Source of the DNA: an uncultured Gemmatimonadales bacterium
GTDB taxonomy: Bacteria > Gemmatimonadota > Gemmatimonadetes > Gemmatimonadales > Gemmatimonadaceae
Length of the DNA stretch: 64,000 bases
Assembly: GCA_963851265.1 (NCBI GenBank)
Contig: CAWKNZ010000002.1
Coordinates: forward strand, 1,376,001-1,440,000
Direction of reading: 5' to 3'
The notes beneath the pieces were generated by a model. That model did no database searches, had not been told where the DNA came from, and worked only from the letters and a program-made list of their open reading frames with translations. Of the stretch, positions 1 through 10,108 are shown one piece after another. The position numbers and the translations under genes were made by a program. How positions within the stretch are numbered: position 1 is the stretch's first letter; each line of letters starts with the position of its first letter.

Positions 1-448
1 ACGGCGTCGCGTGCACCGAGACGTAGAGCGGGGAGAGGCGGTACTCCAGAATGCGCGCGAAGTCCCGCTCCTTGAGGTTCGAGAGCGTCGCGAAATTCCC
101 GTACGCGAACGACAGCCGGTAGTCGTCGTCGCGCATGTAGAGCGGCTTGCGCAGGCCCTTTGGCAGCCCCTCGATGAAGCAGAACTCGCACCGGTTCGCG
201 CACCGCCGGACCGTCGGTGGCTCGAGCTCGATCCCGAACGGTTCGCCTTCGGGACGCTCGAGCTCGTAGATGACCGGCTCGCCCCCGGGCAGCGTCGCCT
301 CGATCACGAGCTCGTCGTCGGCCGACAGGAACTCCCAGTCGAGGAAATCGGCCAGGTCGCGCCCATTCACGCGATGCAGCTCGGTCCCGGGCGCAATGCC
401 GAGTTCCGCGGCGAGCGTGTCAGGGTGGATTCGGGCGACGCGGACCAC
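1..448 (-). CDS. PDZ + radical SAM-like protein (DUF512 family), 3' end outside window
   Basis: Manual translation from GTG 448: VRVARIHPDTLAAELGIAPG...RRCANRCEFCFIEGLPKGLRKPLYMRDDDYRLSFAYGNFATLSN; CxxxCxxC and DDDYRLSF motifs. Not in ORF track because truncated. Confidence 0.85.
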   Translation of the reverse strand, partial: MVRVARIHPDTLAAELGIAPGTELHRVNGRDLADFLDWEFLSADDELVIEATLPGGEPVIYELERPEGEPFGIELEPPTVRRCANRCEFCFIEGLPKGLRKPLYMRDDDYRLSFAYGNFATLSNLKERDFARILEYRLSPLYVSVHATP

Positions 449-508
449 GGGCGGCGATGGATGCAGGGAGGAACGCGTCCGGGCCGGACGCAGGCGTGTA
501 CATCAGAG

Positions 509-537
509 AACGTATGATCTCAGTGACCGCAAAGCAA
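509..537 (-). promoter_or_regulatory. Putative sigma70 promoter for DUF512 gene
   Basis: Minus strand TTGCTT-17 nt-TACGTT. Confidence 0.5.
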
Positions 538-609
538 TTCCCTGCTTACACTTACGTGAGATCGCTCACCTGACGTGAGAACGATCGCGCGGGCGCGCGT
601 TCGAAGCGC

Positions 610-1806
610 TCAGTCGTCGGCCCGATACGATGAACCGGCACCCGTGTTGAACACGACGACCGTGTCGCGAGGTCCGAGGCGCCCGCCCGCCGCCATCTGG
701 TCGAGCGCGGCGAGCGCGCACCCGCCCTCGGGCGCGGCATCGATCCCGCTCGCCGTGGCGAGCGCGAACGTCGCGGCGCGCGTGACCGCGTCGTCGATCG
801 CGATCGCAGCGCCACCGCTCTCCCGCAGCACGCGCAGCACGAGCCGATCGCCAAGCGGGCCCGGCACGCGCAGCCCGCTGGCGTACGTGGACGGGTCCTC
901 CCACGCGGTCGCACGGTCCTCGCCGGCGGCGAACGCGCGCACCAACGGCGCGCACCCCGCGCTCTGTGCGATCACCATGCGCGACAGCGGCCCGTCGGGT
1001 GAGACGCGTCCGGCGTCACGCAACTCGCCGAGCGCCTTCCAGATGCCCACGGTCCCCTCGCCGCCCCCTGTCGGATACACGATCACCGACGGCAACGCGC
1101 CGCCGAGCGCGTCGCGCAACTGGTCGTGGAGTTCGTAGCCCATCGTCTTCATTCCTTCGACGCGGTACGGCTCGCGAAACGTGCTCACGTCCGTCCAGTC
1201 ACCGTCCGCGGCGTCGGCTCGCGCGAGTCGGCCCGCGTCGCCGATGTGTCCGTCGACGAGTCGCAGGTCCGCGCCGAAGGCGCGTACGGTGCGCAGGATC
1301 GGCGCGGGCGTCGTCCGCGGCGCGTACACACGAACCGGCAGTCCGGCGGCGGCGCCGTATGCGGCGAGCGCGGCGCCGGCGTTGCCCGCCGTCGGCACGA
1401 CGAGTCCCGTCGCGCCGAGCGCCCGCGCCCGCGTGACCGCCGCGCTCATCCCGCGCGCCTTGAACGACGCCGTCGGGTTCCGGCCCTCGTCCTTGACCCA
1501 CAGGCGCGCCACGCCGAGCCGGCGCGCGAGGGCCGGGACCTCGACCACCGGCGTGAGCCCCTCGCCGAGCGACACCGGCGACTCGCCGACGCGGAGCGGA
1601 AGCACGCCCGCGTAGCGCCACATGTCCCACCGCTCCGGCCGATCGCCGCCGGGCGCGTCGTATCGCGTGAGCAGCGGCTGGCCGCAGACCGGACACACGC
1701 CGGCGCGCACGTCACCCGCCTGTCGAAAGTCGCACGCCGAGCAGTAGAGCGTCCACGAAGCCGCGCCATCTGCCACCGGCGCGGGTAAAGTCGTCTCGAG
1801 CGTCAC
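610..1806 (-). CDS. thrC: Threonine synthase-like PLP enzyme with N-terminal Zn ribbon
   Basis: SLGEGLTP, KDEGRNPTASFKARG (PLP Lys), PTAGNAG, YPTGGG; CSAC/CPVC; GTG 1806 overlaps uvrC stop. Confidence 0.8.
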   Translation of the reverse strand: MTLETTLPAPVADGAASWTLYCSACDFRQAGDVRAGVCPVCGQPLLTRYDAPGGDRPERWDMWRYAGVLPLRVGESPVSLGEGLTPVVEVPALARRLGVARLWVKDEGRNPTASFKARGMSAAVTRARALGATGLVVPTAGNAGAALAAYGAAAGLPVRVYAPRTTPAPILRTVRAFGADLRLVDGHIGDAGRLARADAADGDWTDVSTFREPYRVEGMKTMGYELHDQLRDALGGALPSVIVYPTGGGEGTVGIWKALGELRDAGRVSPDGPLSRMVIAQSAGCAPLVRAFAAGEDRATAWEDPSTYASGLRVPGPLGDRLVLRVLRESGGAAIAIDDAVTRAATFALATASGIDAAPEGGCALAALDQMAAGGRLGPRDTVVVFNTGAGSSYRADD

Positions 1807-3695
1807 GCCGCGTCCTCTGCGTTCTGCGTTTCCGAAACCGCCGCCGCGCCGTTCGGCGCGGTCGACGCCGGGCGAGTCGGGTCGTTCGCGGCGAGCCCCG
1901 CGAGTACGCGCGACGCGCTCTCCTCCGTCCACCCGGGCAGCTCGGCCACCTGCGTCGGCGTCGCGGCGCGGAGCGCGGCCACGCTCCCGAAGTGCTGCAG
2001 CAACTGGCGCCGTTTCACCGGGCCGATGCCCGGGATCGTCATGAGCTCCGACGTCACCGTGCGCACGGCGCGGCGCTTCCGCTGGAACGTCACCGCGAAC
2101 CGGTGCGCCTCGTCGCGCGCCTGCTGGAGCATGCGCAGCGCGGGAGATCGGCGCGAGATCCGCACCGACTCGCTGCGTCCGACGACGAACACCTCCTCCT
2201 CGCGTTTGGCGAGGGAGATCATCGGCAGATCCGGAAGCCCGACCGCGTCGATCGCCTCCTTCGCCGCGTTGAGCTGACCCTTGCCGCCGTCGATCACGAC
2301 GAGATCGGGAAGCGGCCGCCGCTCCTCGACGCGCCGGCGGAAGTAGCGGCCGACGACTTCGTGCATCGACTTGAAGTCGTCGATCCCCTGCACCGTCTCG
2401 ACCTTGAACTTGCGGTACTCGCTGCGCTTGGCGCGCCCGTTCTCGAACCACACGCAGCTCGCGACGGTGTCGGTGCCCTGTGCGTGCGAGATGTCGAAGC
2501 ACACCAGCGAGCGCGGCACGCGTTTGAGCCCGAGTTCGCGCTGCAGTTCGTAGACCGGATCGGCGGCGCGTTCGCCCGCCTCCATGTTCGACAGCTTCAA
2601 CTCCTCCAACAGGTGTCGCGCGTTCTGCTCCGCGAGGTCGACCAGCTGGCGGCGCGAGCCCCGCTGCGGCACGAGCACCTTCGTGCGCTCGAGCGACTCC
2701 TCCAGGATCTCGCGGTCGGGGAAGTCGAACGGAACGAGCAACTCGCCGGCGCGCTCCTCACTCGCGCCGAGGTAGCTGCGCGCGAGGAACGCGGCGAGCG
2801 CGTCGGCGTCGTCGGCCCCGTCGACGTTCTCCAGGAACCGGTGATCGCGCGCGAGCAGCTTTCCGCTCCGAATGCGCAGGATGGCAACGCACGCGTCGTC
2901 GCCGTCGCGCGCGTAACCCACGACGTCGCGATCTCCCCCTTCCAGCTCGACGACGACCGTCGGCTCCTGCATGCGCTCCAGATGCTTGAGCGCGTCGCGC
3001 AACTCGCCGGCGCGCTCGAAGTCGAGACGTTCCGCCGCCTCCGCCATGCGGGCCGAGATGCGACGCACGACCTCGTCCGTCTTGCCGTCGAGAAAGACGA
3101 CGACCTCGTCGATCATCCCGCGGTAGTCGTCGACCGACTGGTTGCCGATGCACGGCGCCTTGCACCGGCCGATCGCGAAGTCGAGACACGCGCGCTCTGG
3201 CAGCTCGCGCGGCATGTCGTAGTTGCACGAACGCACCGTGAAGATCCGCTTGACGACCGCCAGCGCCCGCCGCATCTGCCCGACGTCCGTGTACGGCCCG
3301 AAGTAGCGCGCGCCATCGGCCTGCAGCCGTCTGGTCACGAACACGCGCGGGTACGGTTCGTTCAGCGTGACCTTGATGTACGGATAGTTCTTGTCGTCAC
3401 GCAGCGCGATGTTGTACCGCGGCTTGTACTCCTTGATCAGATTGGCCTCGAGGATGAGCGCGTGCGCCTCGGTCGGCACCACGATCGTCTCGAGGTCGTG
3501 CACGTGCCGCACGAGGCCGCGCGTTTTCGGGCTTTCGAGGTGCTCGCTCGCGAAGTAGCTCCGCACCCGCGAGCGCAGCCGCTTCGCCTTGCCCACGTAC
3601 AACACCTTCCCGTCGGCGTCCTTCCAGAGGTAGACGCCCGGCGATTCGGGGAGGTGGGGGAGCTTGGCGGCGACGGCGTCGGGTGTGGAAATCAT
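1803..3695 (-). CDS. uvrC: Excinuclease ABC subunit C
   Basis: GIY-YIG PGVYLWKD..LYVGKAKRLRSRVRSYF, CFDISH, VIDGGKGQL, RDEAHRFA, HhH IPGIGP. Confidence 0.97.
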   Translation of the reverse strand: MISTPDAVAAKLPHLPESPGVYLWKDADGKVLYVGKAKRLRSRVRSYFASEHLESPKTRGLVRHVHDLETIVVPTEAHALILEANLIKEYKPRYNIALRDDKNYPYIKVTLNEPYPRVFVTRRLQADGARYFGPYTDVGQMRRALAVVKRIFTVRSCNYDMPRELPERACLDFAIGRCKAPCIGNQSVDDYRGMIDEVVVFLDGKTDEVVRRISARMAEAAERLDFERAGELRDALKHLERMQEPTVVVELEGGDRDVVGYARDGDDACVAILRIRSGKLLARDHRFLENVDGADDADALAAFLARSYLGASEERAGELLVPFDFPDREILEESLERTKVLVPQRGSRRQLVDLAEQNARHLLEELKLSNMEAGERAADPVYELQRELGLKRVPRSLVCFDISHAQGTDTVASCVWFENGRAKRSEYRKFKVETVQGIDDFKSMHEVVGRYFRRRVEERRPLPDLVVIDGGKGQLNAAKEAIDAVGLPDLPMISLAKREEEVFVVGRSESVRISRRSPALRMLQQARDEAHRFAVTFQRKRRAVRTVTSELMTIPGIGPVKRRQLLQHFGSVAALRAATPTQVAELPGWTEESASRVLAGLAANDPTRPASTAPNGAAAVSETQNAEDAA

Positions 3696-3776
3696 CGGAG
3701 GCGTGGGGCGCGGTACGGCCCTGCGTACGGCAACTGTGATACCCCGCCGGTCCGTACGCGGTACGCGCGGGTGCGG

Positions 3777-5522
3777 TTAGGCCCGCGCGCCGGCCACGCG
3801 GCGTCTCAGACGCCGGACGATCGCGGCGCTCTCCCCCTCGCCGAGGGCTGCGGTCGCGCCGAGGTAGACAACCCCGTACGCCCCGCAGACCACGGCGGCG
3901 AGCGCGAGCGCGGGGAGTCGCGCGGCGATGAACTTGACGCCGAGCCCGACCGCGGCAGCCGCAAGCGCAGCGCCCCAGAGACGCGCGACGGCCGCGGCCG
4001 GGATGCCGGTCCGGCCGATCCGGCGGTTGAGCGCGCGCCGGAGCAGCACGAACTCGACCCACCCGGCCAGGCCGGCGGTCACGGTCAGCCCTGCGGTCCC
4101 CCAGCGCGGGTTGATCCCGAGCGCGCGCGGCAGCGGGACGGCCGCGACGTACCCCAGCGCGAGGGTGAGCCCGACGCGCACGAGCGCGAACCGGAGCGGC
4201 GTCCGCGTTTCCTTGAGCGCATAGAACGTCGACGAGTACAGCCGACCGAGCGTCGAGGCGAGCAGCCCGACCGCACTCCCGGCGAGCGTACCCCAAACCC
4301 AGATGACGTCGCCCCGCGTGAAACGGCCGTAGTGGAACGCCGCACCGGCAATCACGTCTCCGAGTGCGACGAACGCGACCGCCGACGGGACGACGAAGAA
4401 CGCGATCCGGCGGAGTCCCGACGAGAGCCGCTCGCGCAACATCGCCGCGACCTCCTCCGCACGCCCCTGCAAGCTCGACATCGCCGGCAACTCGGCCGCC
4501 GAGATGCTCATCCCGAACAGACTGCCCGGCAGAAGGTACAGGGACTGCGCATTCGCGAACACCGTGAGCGCCCCCGGCGCGATCAGGCTGGCGAGCGTAC
4601 TGTCGATGAACGCGCTGAGCTGCACGACGCCGCGGCCGACGAACACGGGGCCGAAGTTGCGGACGACGGTTCGCACGTCGTCGCGCACCCGCGCGCGCAG
4701 CTCGGGCGACAGCCCGACGCGTGAGCGGAGCCCCGGAGCGACGCGCAGCACCGTCGGCACTTGGACGAGGAACTGCACCGCACTCCCGACCACGACGCCC
4801 CACGCCAACGTGGTCGCAAGCCGGTCGTCGGCGAGGTGCCGCCCGCCCCAATGCACGAGCGTCGCGATCAGGACGACGTTCATTCCGACCGGCGCGAGGT
4901 AGGAGAGCAGGAACCGTCGGTGGCTATTCAGGATTCCGAGGCACCACGCGCTCATCACGAGCAGCCCGATCCCGGGAAACGTGATCCGCACGAGCTGCAC
5001 GGCGAGCTCACGCGTCGAGCCCCGAAAACCCGTCGCGACGAGCGTGACCAGCAGCGGCGTCGCGAGCATCCCGAGCGCGACGAGCACGGCGATCGTAAGC
5101 GCGAGCAGCGCGCCGACTGCGGCCGCGACGCGATCGGCCTCGTCGCGCTCGCCGCCGCCGAGCAGGCGCGCGTAGACCGGGATGAACGAGGCCGAGAGCA
5201 CGCCCTCGCCGAAGAGGTTCTGGAGGTAGTTCGGGATCTTCAGCGCCGCGTTGAACGCGTCGGCCGCGGCCCCGGCGCCGAGGTAGTGGCTGAACACCGC
5301 CGTGCGGACGAGCCCGAGGATGCGCGAGCACAGAATCCCGATCGCGATGAACGCTGCGAACCGCCCGGTGCGTTCGGGCGCGCGTGCCGCCGCGGTCGGC
5401 GGCGTTGGGTCGATCGCGCCAGGCGCGTCGGTCTGGGTGCCGTCACTCGTCGCCGCGGTGTCCGGTCCCGGCGTGGGGAGCACCGCCGACGGCGATCGCG
5501 GCGCTACCGGCGGGACGCGCAC
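3777..5522 (-). CDS. murJ: Lipid II flippase MurJ (start may be further downstream)
   Basis: SRILGLVR, ADAFNAALKIPN, FGEGVLSASFIPV, FYALKETRTP; many TM segments. Confidence 0.93.
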   Translation of the reverse strand: MRVPPVAPRSPSAVLPTPGPDTAATSDGTQTDAPGAIDPTPPTAAARAPERTGRFAAFIAIGILCSRILGLVRTAVFSHYLGAGAAADAFNAALKIPNYLQNLFGEGVLSASFIPVYARLLGGGERDEADRVAAAVGALLALTIAVLVALGMLATPLLVTLVATGFRGSTRELAVQLVRITFPGIGLLVMSAWCLGILNSHRRFLLSYLAPVGMNVVLIATLVHWGGRHLADDRLATTLAWGVVVGSAVQFLVQVPTVLRVAPGLRSRVGLSPELRARVRDDVRTVVRNFGPVFVGRGVVQLSAFIDSTLASLIAPGALTVFANAQSLYLLPGSLFGMSISAAELPAMSSLQGRAEEVAAMLRERLSSGLRRIAFFVVPSAVAFVALGDVIAGAAFHYGRFTRGDVIWVWGTLAGSAVGLLASTLGRLYSSTFYALKETRTPLRFALVRVGLTLALGYVAAVPLPRALGINPRWGTAGLTVTAGLAGWVEFVLLRRALNRRIGRTGIPAAAVARLWGAALAAAAVGLGVKFIAARLPALALAAVVCGAYGVVYLGATAALGEGESAAIVRRLRRRVAGARA

Positions 5523-5531
5523 GCGCAGGAC

Positions 5532-7157
5532 TCAGTCGGGACGCGCGGCCGCGAGTGGCCTCCCGGCCACGACGGCGTCGGCGTGCGCCCGGGCGCGCGC
5601 CAGCATGCGGTCGGTCAGTGCCGGCCCGTAGCGCGCGAGTAGCGGGAGGAAGCTGAGGACCCGCTCCTGCCGCGACCCGTTCGGCATGAGCGCGGCCTGC
5701 GCCGTCGCGAGCGTCCGCATCGCCGCGGCCTCACGCCGCTTGACGGCGGCGAGGGCGCGCCGCTCGAGGCGCGACACGCGCCCGCGCAACTGCAGTCGTG
5801 CGCCCTCGCGGGCGCGCTCGGTCAGGAGCGGGTCGCCCCCGCCCGTGACCGCGCCCAGCGCGGCGATCCGCGCGTCGATCGCGGCACCGAACGCCTCGAA
5901 CTCGCGCTCGAGCGCCGCCGGCGCGAGCCGCCGCGCCAGCGAGGTCTCGACGGCGCGCGGGTCGCGGAGCGCGTCGGCGTCGATGCCTAACGATGCGAGC
6001 GCGCGCGCCGCGCGCGGCTCGACGACCGTCCCCGACCACCGCGGGACCGCGAGCGGCGCAGGCACCGCGAGCGCCTCCGCGACCGCACTCACCTGCGCGA
6101 AGTACGCGTACTCGCCCGGCCCGGCGACGTAGGCGACGGTCGGCAGGATGCCGCGCTCGACGACCGGCCGGAGCAGCACGTTCGGCGCGAGCTCGCCGGG
6201 CGCGACGAGCGGGACCAGCGTGCGCGCCTCGTCCGTCCGAAGCCGCCGCTTGCGCCCGTCGTACTCCTCGCGAAAGACGAGGGAGAGCCCCGCGACCTCG
6301 CGCACCTGCGGCGTGAACCCGGCCGCGCCGATCACTGCGGACCGGGCGGCGAGCGCGTCCGCGATCGCCGCGCTCTTCAGCAACGCCCGCCGCATCAGCT
6401 GGAAGCCGGCAGCACGAGTCGCGGGGTGCGATGCGTCGAGCACCGCGATCCCGAGCGGTCCGAGCAACTCGCGGAGGAGTCGGACGTAGGCGTCGCCCGC
6501 GGTCCGCCCCGCGGCGTACGCGCGCTCGACGGCTTCGAGCGCGGGCGCGTGCGCCGCCGCGCCGCACGCGGCCGTGAGGCGCGCGCGCAGTGCGTCGACC
6601 TCGTCGCCCAACACGGCCCGCGACACCGGCGTCCCTTCAGGTGGCGCCTGCGTCAGCGCGAGCTCCTCGACCGCTCCGTCCCCCACGACGTACGCGCGGC
6701 GGCCTTCTTCCCAGTCCGTGTCGTCGGTCGCCGCCCAGAACACCGGCGCCACCGGCATCCCGGTCGCACGCTCAAGGCGCTCGGCCAGCGCGCGCGCGCT
6801 GAGCGCCTTTGCGAGCGTGTACAGCGGGCCACCGAACAGGCCGGGTTGCTGCCCCGTGGTGACGACTACTCCGGCCCCGCCGCCGACGCGCTCGAGCGCG
6901 CTCGCGGCGGGGCCCTCAGCCGCGAACGCCGGCGCGAGCAGGTCAAGCCACGCACCGGCGCGATACTGCTCGCGTACGACCTCCGCGCGCGCGGCCCACG
7001 CCGTCGGCCCGTCGGGCACGTCCACGTACCAGCTCGCGGCGGCCGCGGTGCCGGCGAGCGCGGCGCGCACGAGCGCGCCGCCGCCGAACGTTTCGGTCCG
7101 TACGTCGAGCGCGGGCGGTCGCGCGTCCAACGGGTCCAGCGCGTCGGACGCGCTCAC
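5532..7157 (-). CDS. bshC: Bacillithiol biosynthesis cysteine-adding enzyme BshC
   Basis: VVTTGQQPGLFGGPLYTLAKA, PVFWAATDDTDWEE, PNVLLRPVVE..LPTVAYVAGPGEYAYFAQ, QER. Confidence 0.88.
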   Translation of the reverse strand: MSASDALDPLDARPPALDVRTETFGGGALVRAALAGTAAAASWYVDVPDGPTAWAARAEVVREQYRAGAWLDLLAPAFAAEGPAASALERVGGGAGVVVTTGQQPGLFGGPLYTLAKALSARALAERLERATGMPVAPVFWAATDDTDWEEGRRAYVVGDGAVEELALTQAPPEGTPVSRAVLGDEVDALRARLTAACGAAAHAPALEAVERAYAAGRTAGDAYVRLLRELLGPLGIAVLDASHPATRAAGFQLMRRALLKSAAIADALAARSAVIGAAGFTPQVREVAGLSLVFREEYDGRKRRLRTDEARTLVPLVAPGELAPNVLLRPVVERGILPTVAYVAGPGEYAYFAQVSAVAEALAVPAPLAVPRWSGTVVEPRAARALASLGIDADALRDPRAVETSLARRLAPAALEREFEAFGAAIDARIAALGAVTGGGDPLLTERAREGARLQLRGRVSRLERRALAAVKRREAAAMRTLATAQAALMPNGSRQERVLSFLPLLARYGPALTDRMLARARAHADAVVAGRPLAAARPD

Positions 7158-7181
7158 GGCTTACCGCTCACTCTGATCGGG

Positions 7182-7643
7182 TCACTTGTGGTACGGCTCC
7201 CCGCGCGCGAGCGTACCGGCGCGGTAGAGCTGCTCGACGAGCACGACTCGGGCGAGGTCATGCGGCAGCGTCCACGGCGCAAGGGCAAGCCGCACGCCCG
7301 CGCGCGCCCTCAACGCGCCGTCGAGGCCGAGCGCGCCCCCGATCACGAACGCGACGTCGCGCGCGGCGTCGCGTTGGGCCGCGAGCCACGTCGCGAATCG
7401 CGTGGACGTCCACATGTCACCGCGCTCGTCGCAGGCGACGAGTGTCGCGCCCGCCGGAACGCGCGCGCCGAGCCGCTCACCCTCGCGGGCGACGACCTGT
7501 TCCGGCGGCAGCGAGCGCGCCGACTCCTCGCGCACCTCGACGGTCCGAAGCGGCCAGTAATGCGCGGCGCGCCGTTCGTACTCCGCGGCCACGTCGGCGA
7601 GCGCCCCCCGCGCGCGCCCGACCGCGATCACGACCACCGCCAT
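7182..7643 (-). CDS. rlmH: 23S rRNA m3-pseudouridine1915 methyltransferase
   Basis: FVIGGALG, TLPHDLARVVLVEQLYRA..GEPYHK. Confidence 0.95.
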   Translation of the reverse strand: MAVVVIAVGRARGALADVAAEYERRAAHYWPLRTVEVREESARSLPPEQVVAREGERLGARVPAGATLVACDERGDMWTSTRFATWLAAQRDAARDVAFVIGGALGLDGALRARAGVRLALAPWTLPHDLARVVLVEQLYRAGTLARGEPYHK

Positions 7644-7670
7644 GCGACCGCGGCGAGTCCCGGTCGCGCG

Positions 7671-8978
7671 TCAGGCGTAGATGCCACGCAACCGGTGCAC
7701 GGCGGCCACGCGGGTGATCGAGAGCATGTACGCCGCCGTGCGCATGTTGACCCGGTGCTGCCGGGAGAGCGCGAGCACGTCGTGGAAGCTCCGGGTCATG
7801 ATGTCGCGCAGCCGCTCGTTCACCGTGTCTTCCGACCAGAAATACCCGCCGCGGTCCTGCACCCATTCGAAGTAGCTCACCGTCACGCCGCCCGCGTTCG
7901 CGAGGATGTCGGGGATGACGAAGATGCCGTTCGCGTCGAGGATCGCGTCGGCCGCCGCGGTGGTTGGGCCGTTCGCGCCTTCGCAGATGACCTTCGCGCG
8001 GATGCGACCCGCGTTCTTGCTCGTGATCACGTTCTCGAGCGCGGCGGGGAGCAGGACGTCGACTTCGAGCTCGAGCAGCTCTTCGTTGGTCACGTGGTCG
8101 CCGCCCGCGAACCCGTCGAGCGTCTTGTGCGTCCGAACCCACTCGATCGCCGCGTCCACGTCGATCCCCGCGGCGTTGTGCACGCCGCCGGTCCGGTCCG
8201 AAATCGCGATGACCCGCGCGCCTTCGCGCGCAAGCAGCTGCGCCGCGACGGACCCGACGTTACCAAAGCCCTGCACCGCGACGGTCGCGCCGACGACCGG
8301 CATGCCGAGCTGCTCGAGGGCCTGTCGCGTCACGATCGTGCAGCCACGCCCCGTGGCTTCACGGCGCCCGAGGGAGCCGCCCATCTCCACGGGCTTGCCG
8401 GTCACGACGGAGGTCACCGTGTGCCGCGCGTGCATCGAGTACGTGTCCATGATCCACGCCATCACGCGCTCGTTCGTGTTCACGTCCGGCGCGGGCACGT
8501 CCGAATCGGGCCCCAGCACCGAGATGATCCCCGCGGTATAACGGCGCGTGAGGCGCTCGAGCTCGCCGACGCTCATCTGCAGCGGGTCGCAGACCACGCC
8601 GCCCTTTGCGCCGCCGAACGGCAGGTTCACGACCGCGCACTTCCACGTCATCCAGGCCGCGAGCGCCGTGACCTCGTCGAGGTTCACGTTCAGGTCGAAG
8701 CGGATGCCGCCCTTCGCCGGGCCTCGCGAGGTGTTGTAGAGCACGCGGTGGCCGGTGAACACGCGCACCTCCCCCGTATCCATCATCACCGGCACGCTCA
8801 CGGTGATCTGCTTCTCCGGATGCCGGAGGACCTGGTAGATCCCCGGATCGAGGTCCAGCAGCTGCGCCGCGCGGTCGAAGCGCGACATCATCGCCTCGAA
8901 CGGGTTTTCCTCGTTGAGGAAACGGTCTTTGTCCGGCGAGACGATCGGTGCGTTGAGAAGGAGCTCGGTAGCGGCCAT
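7671..8978 (-). CDS. gdhA: Glu/Leu/Phe/Val dehydrogenase (glutamate dehydrogenase)
   Basis: [60 protein letters not shown]. Confidence 0.92.
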   Translation of the reverse strand: MAATELLLNAPIVSPDKDRFLNEENPFEAMMSRFDRAAQLLDLDPGIYQVLRHPEKQITVSVPVMMDTGEVRVFTGHRVLYNTSRGPAKGGIRFDLNVNLDEVTALAAWMTWKCAVVNLPFGGAKGGVVCDPLQMSVGELERLTRRYTAGIISVLGPDSDVPAPDVNTNERVMAWIMDTYSMHARHTVTSVVTGKPVEMGGSLGRREATGRGCTIVTRQALEQLGMPVVGATVAVQGFGNVGSVAAQLLAREGARVIAISDRTGGVHNAAGIDVDAAIEWVRTHKTLDGFAGGDHVTNEELLELEVDVLLPAALENVITSKNAGRIRAKVICEGANGPTTAAADAILDANGIFVIPDILANAGGVTVSYFEWVQDRGGYFWSEDTVNERLRDIMTRSFHDVLALSRQHRVNMRTAAYMLSITRVAAVHRLRGIYA

Positions 8979-8984
8979 AGTGTG

Positions 8985-10094
8985 TTACGCATGACGGCCG
9001 CGAACGGCCGATTCGGGAACGGTCCCATGCGGCGCGCGCGCGGCCGCGGCGTCTGCCGCGTGCGCCATCGCGTCGAGCACGTCGACCAGCGCCGGGGCGC
9101 CCGTTTCGAGGGTCACGCGCTGCGTAACATACCACAGCGCACACCCGCCGCGGGACAGGAGCGGACCCAACTTTACGGCGTCCTTGAGCGTCGTGACTAT
9201 GCGGTCGACGCCCCGCGCCCGCACCCGCAACGCGGCGACGTCGCTCGCGCCGTACGCGTGATGGTCCGCGAAGCGTGCGAGGTCGACCGACGCGCCGACG
9301 GCTCGGAGCTGAGCGGCGAACGCGTCCGGCGACCCGATCCCGGCGACGGCGAGCACGCGTGCACCCGCGAGGACATCCGTGTGCTCGGCCGCGCCCCGCC
9401 CCGCCCCGTCGGCGTCCCAGCGCACGAGCGACGCTGGCTCGAGGTGCACGATTCCGACGCCGGCATGCCCCGACGGCATCACGGCGGCCAATCGCGCCGC
9501 GACCGCGCGTGCCTGCGCAGCCGTCGCCGACTTTCGCGTGACGAGCACGACGGTCGCTCGCCCGAGCGCGGACAGGCGCTCGCGGAACGGACCCGCCGGC
9601 AACAATCGCGCGCGTCCGTCGAACGTTTCGGCCGCGACGAGTACGACGTCGGCGTCGCGACGCGCCCGCCTGTGCTGGAACGCGTCGTCGAGGACCAGCG
9701 CGGTAGCACCGCGCCGCACCGCCTCCGCCGCGCCACGCACCCGGTCCGGATCGGCGACGACGGGGACACCCGGGTTGAGCAGCGCGTGTACCAGCGCCTC
9801 GTCGCCGCCGACGCCTCGGAGCAGCACCGCCGGCCGCGCCCCGCGGCGCGCGAGTTCCGCGGCGACCCAGGCCGCAACCGGCGTCTTCCCGGTACCCCCG
9901 ACCGTGAGGTTCCCGACGCTGATCGCCGGAAGGGGGAGCGCATGGACGCCGAGCAGACCGGCGTCGTACAGACGGCCGCGCGCCGTGACGACAGCGCCGA
10001 ACAGCGCCGCGAGAGGTGCGAGCGCCGCGCGCGCCGCCCGCGCGCCCCCGCCGGTCCCGTACCATACCGACTCCGCCCACGCCTCTCGCGACAC
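8985..10094 (-). CDS. lpxK: Tetraacyldisaccharide 4'-kinase
   Basis: ISVGNLTVGGTGKTP, LDDAFQHRR, LLPAGPFRE, FADHHAY, TTLKDAVK; start estimated. Confidence 0.93.
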   Translation of the reverse strand: MSREAWAESVWYGTGGGARAARAALAPLAALFGAVVTARGRLYDAGLLGVHALPLPAISVGNLTVGGTGKTPVAAWVAAELARRGARPAVLLRGVGGDEALVHALLNPGVPVVADPDRVRGAAEAVRRGATALVLDDAFQHRRARRDADVVLVAAETFDGRARLLPAGPFRERLSALGRATVVLVTRKSATAAQARAVAARLAAVMPSGHAGVGIVHLEPASLVRWDADGAGRGAAEHTDVLAGARVLAVAGIGSPDAFAAQLRAVGASVDLARFADHHAYGASDVAALRVRARGVDRIVTTLKDAVKLGPLLSRGGCALWYVTQRVTLETGAPALVDVLDAMAHAADAAAARAPHGTVPESAVRGRHA

Positions 10095-10108
10095 GCGACC
10101 CCGCGCCT

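Noticed and set aside
610..2502. Apparent N-terminal extensions or fusions in the ORF track (thrC 630 aa, lpxA 781 aa, mcsA 545 aa, murA 698 aa, gatA 630 aa)
   Set aside because: Artefacts of taking the most upstream start; true starts match family N-termini and stop/start overlaps
3700..3770. CGTAC-rich inverted repeats upstream of uvrC as a possible SOS box
   Set aside because: Short, GC-rich and not matching any LexA motif I can support
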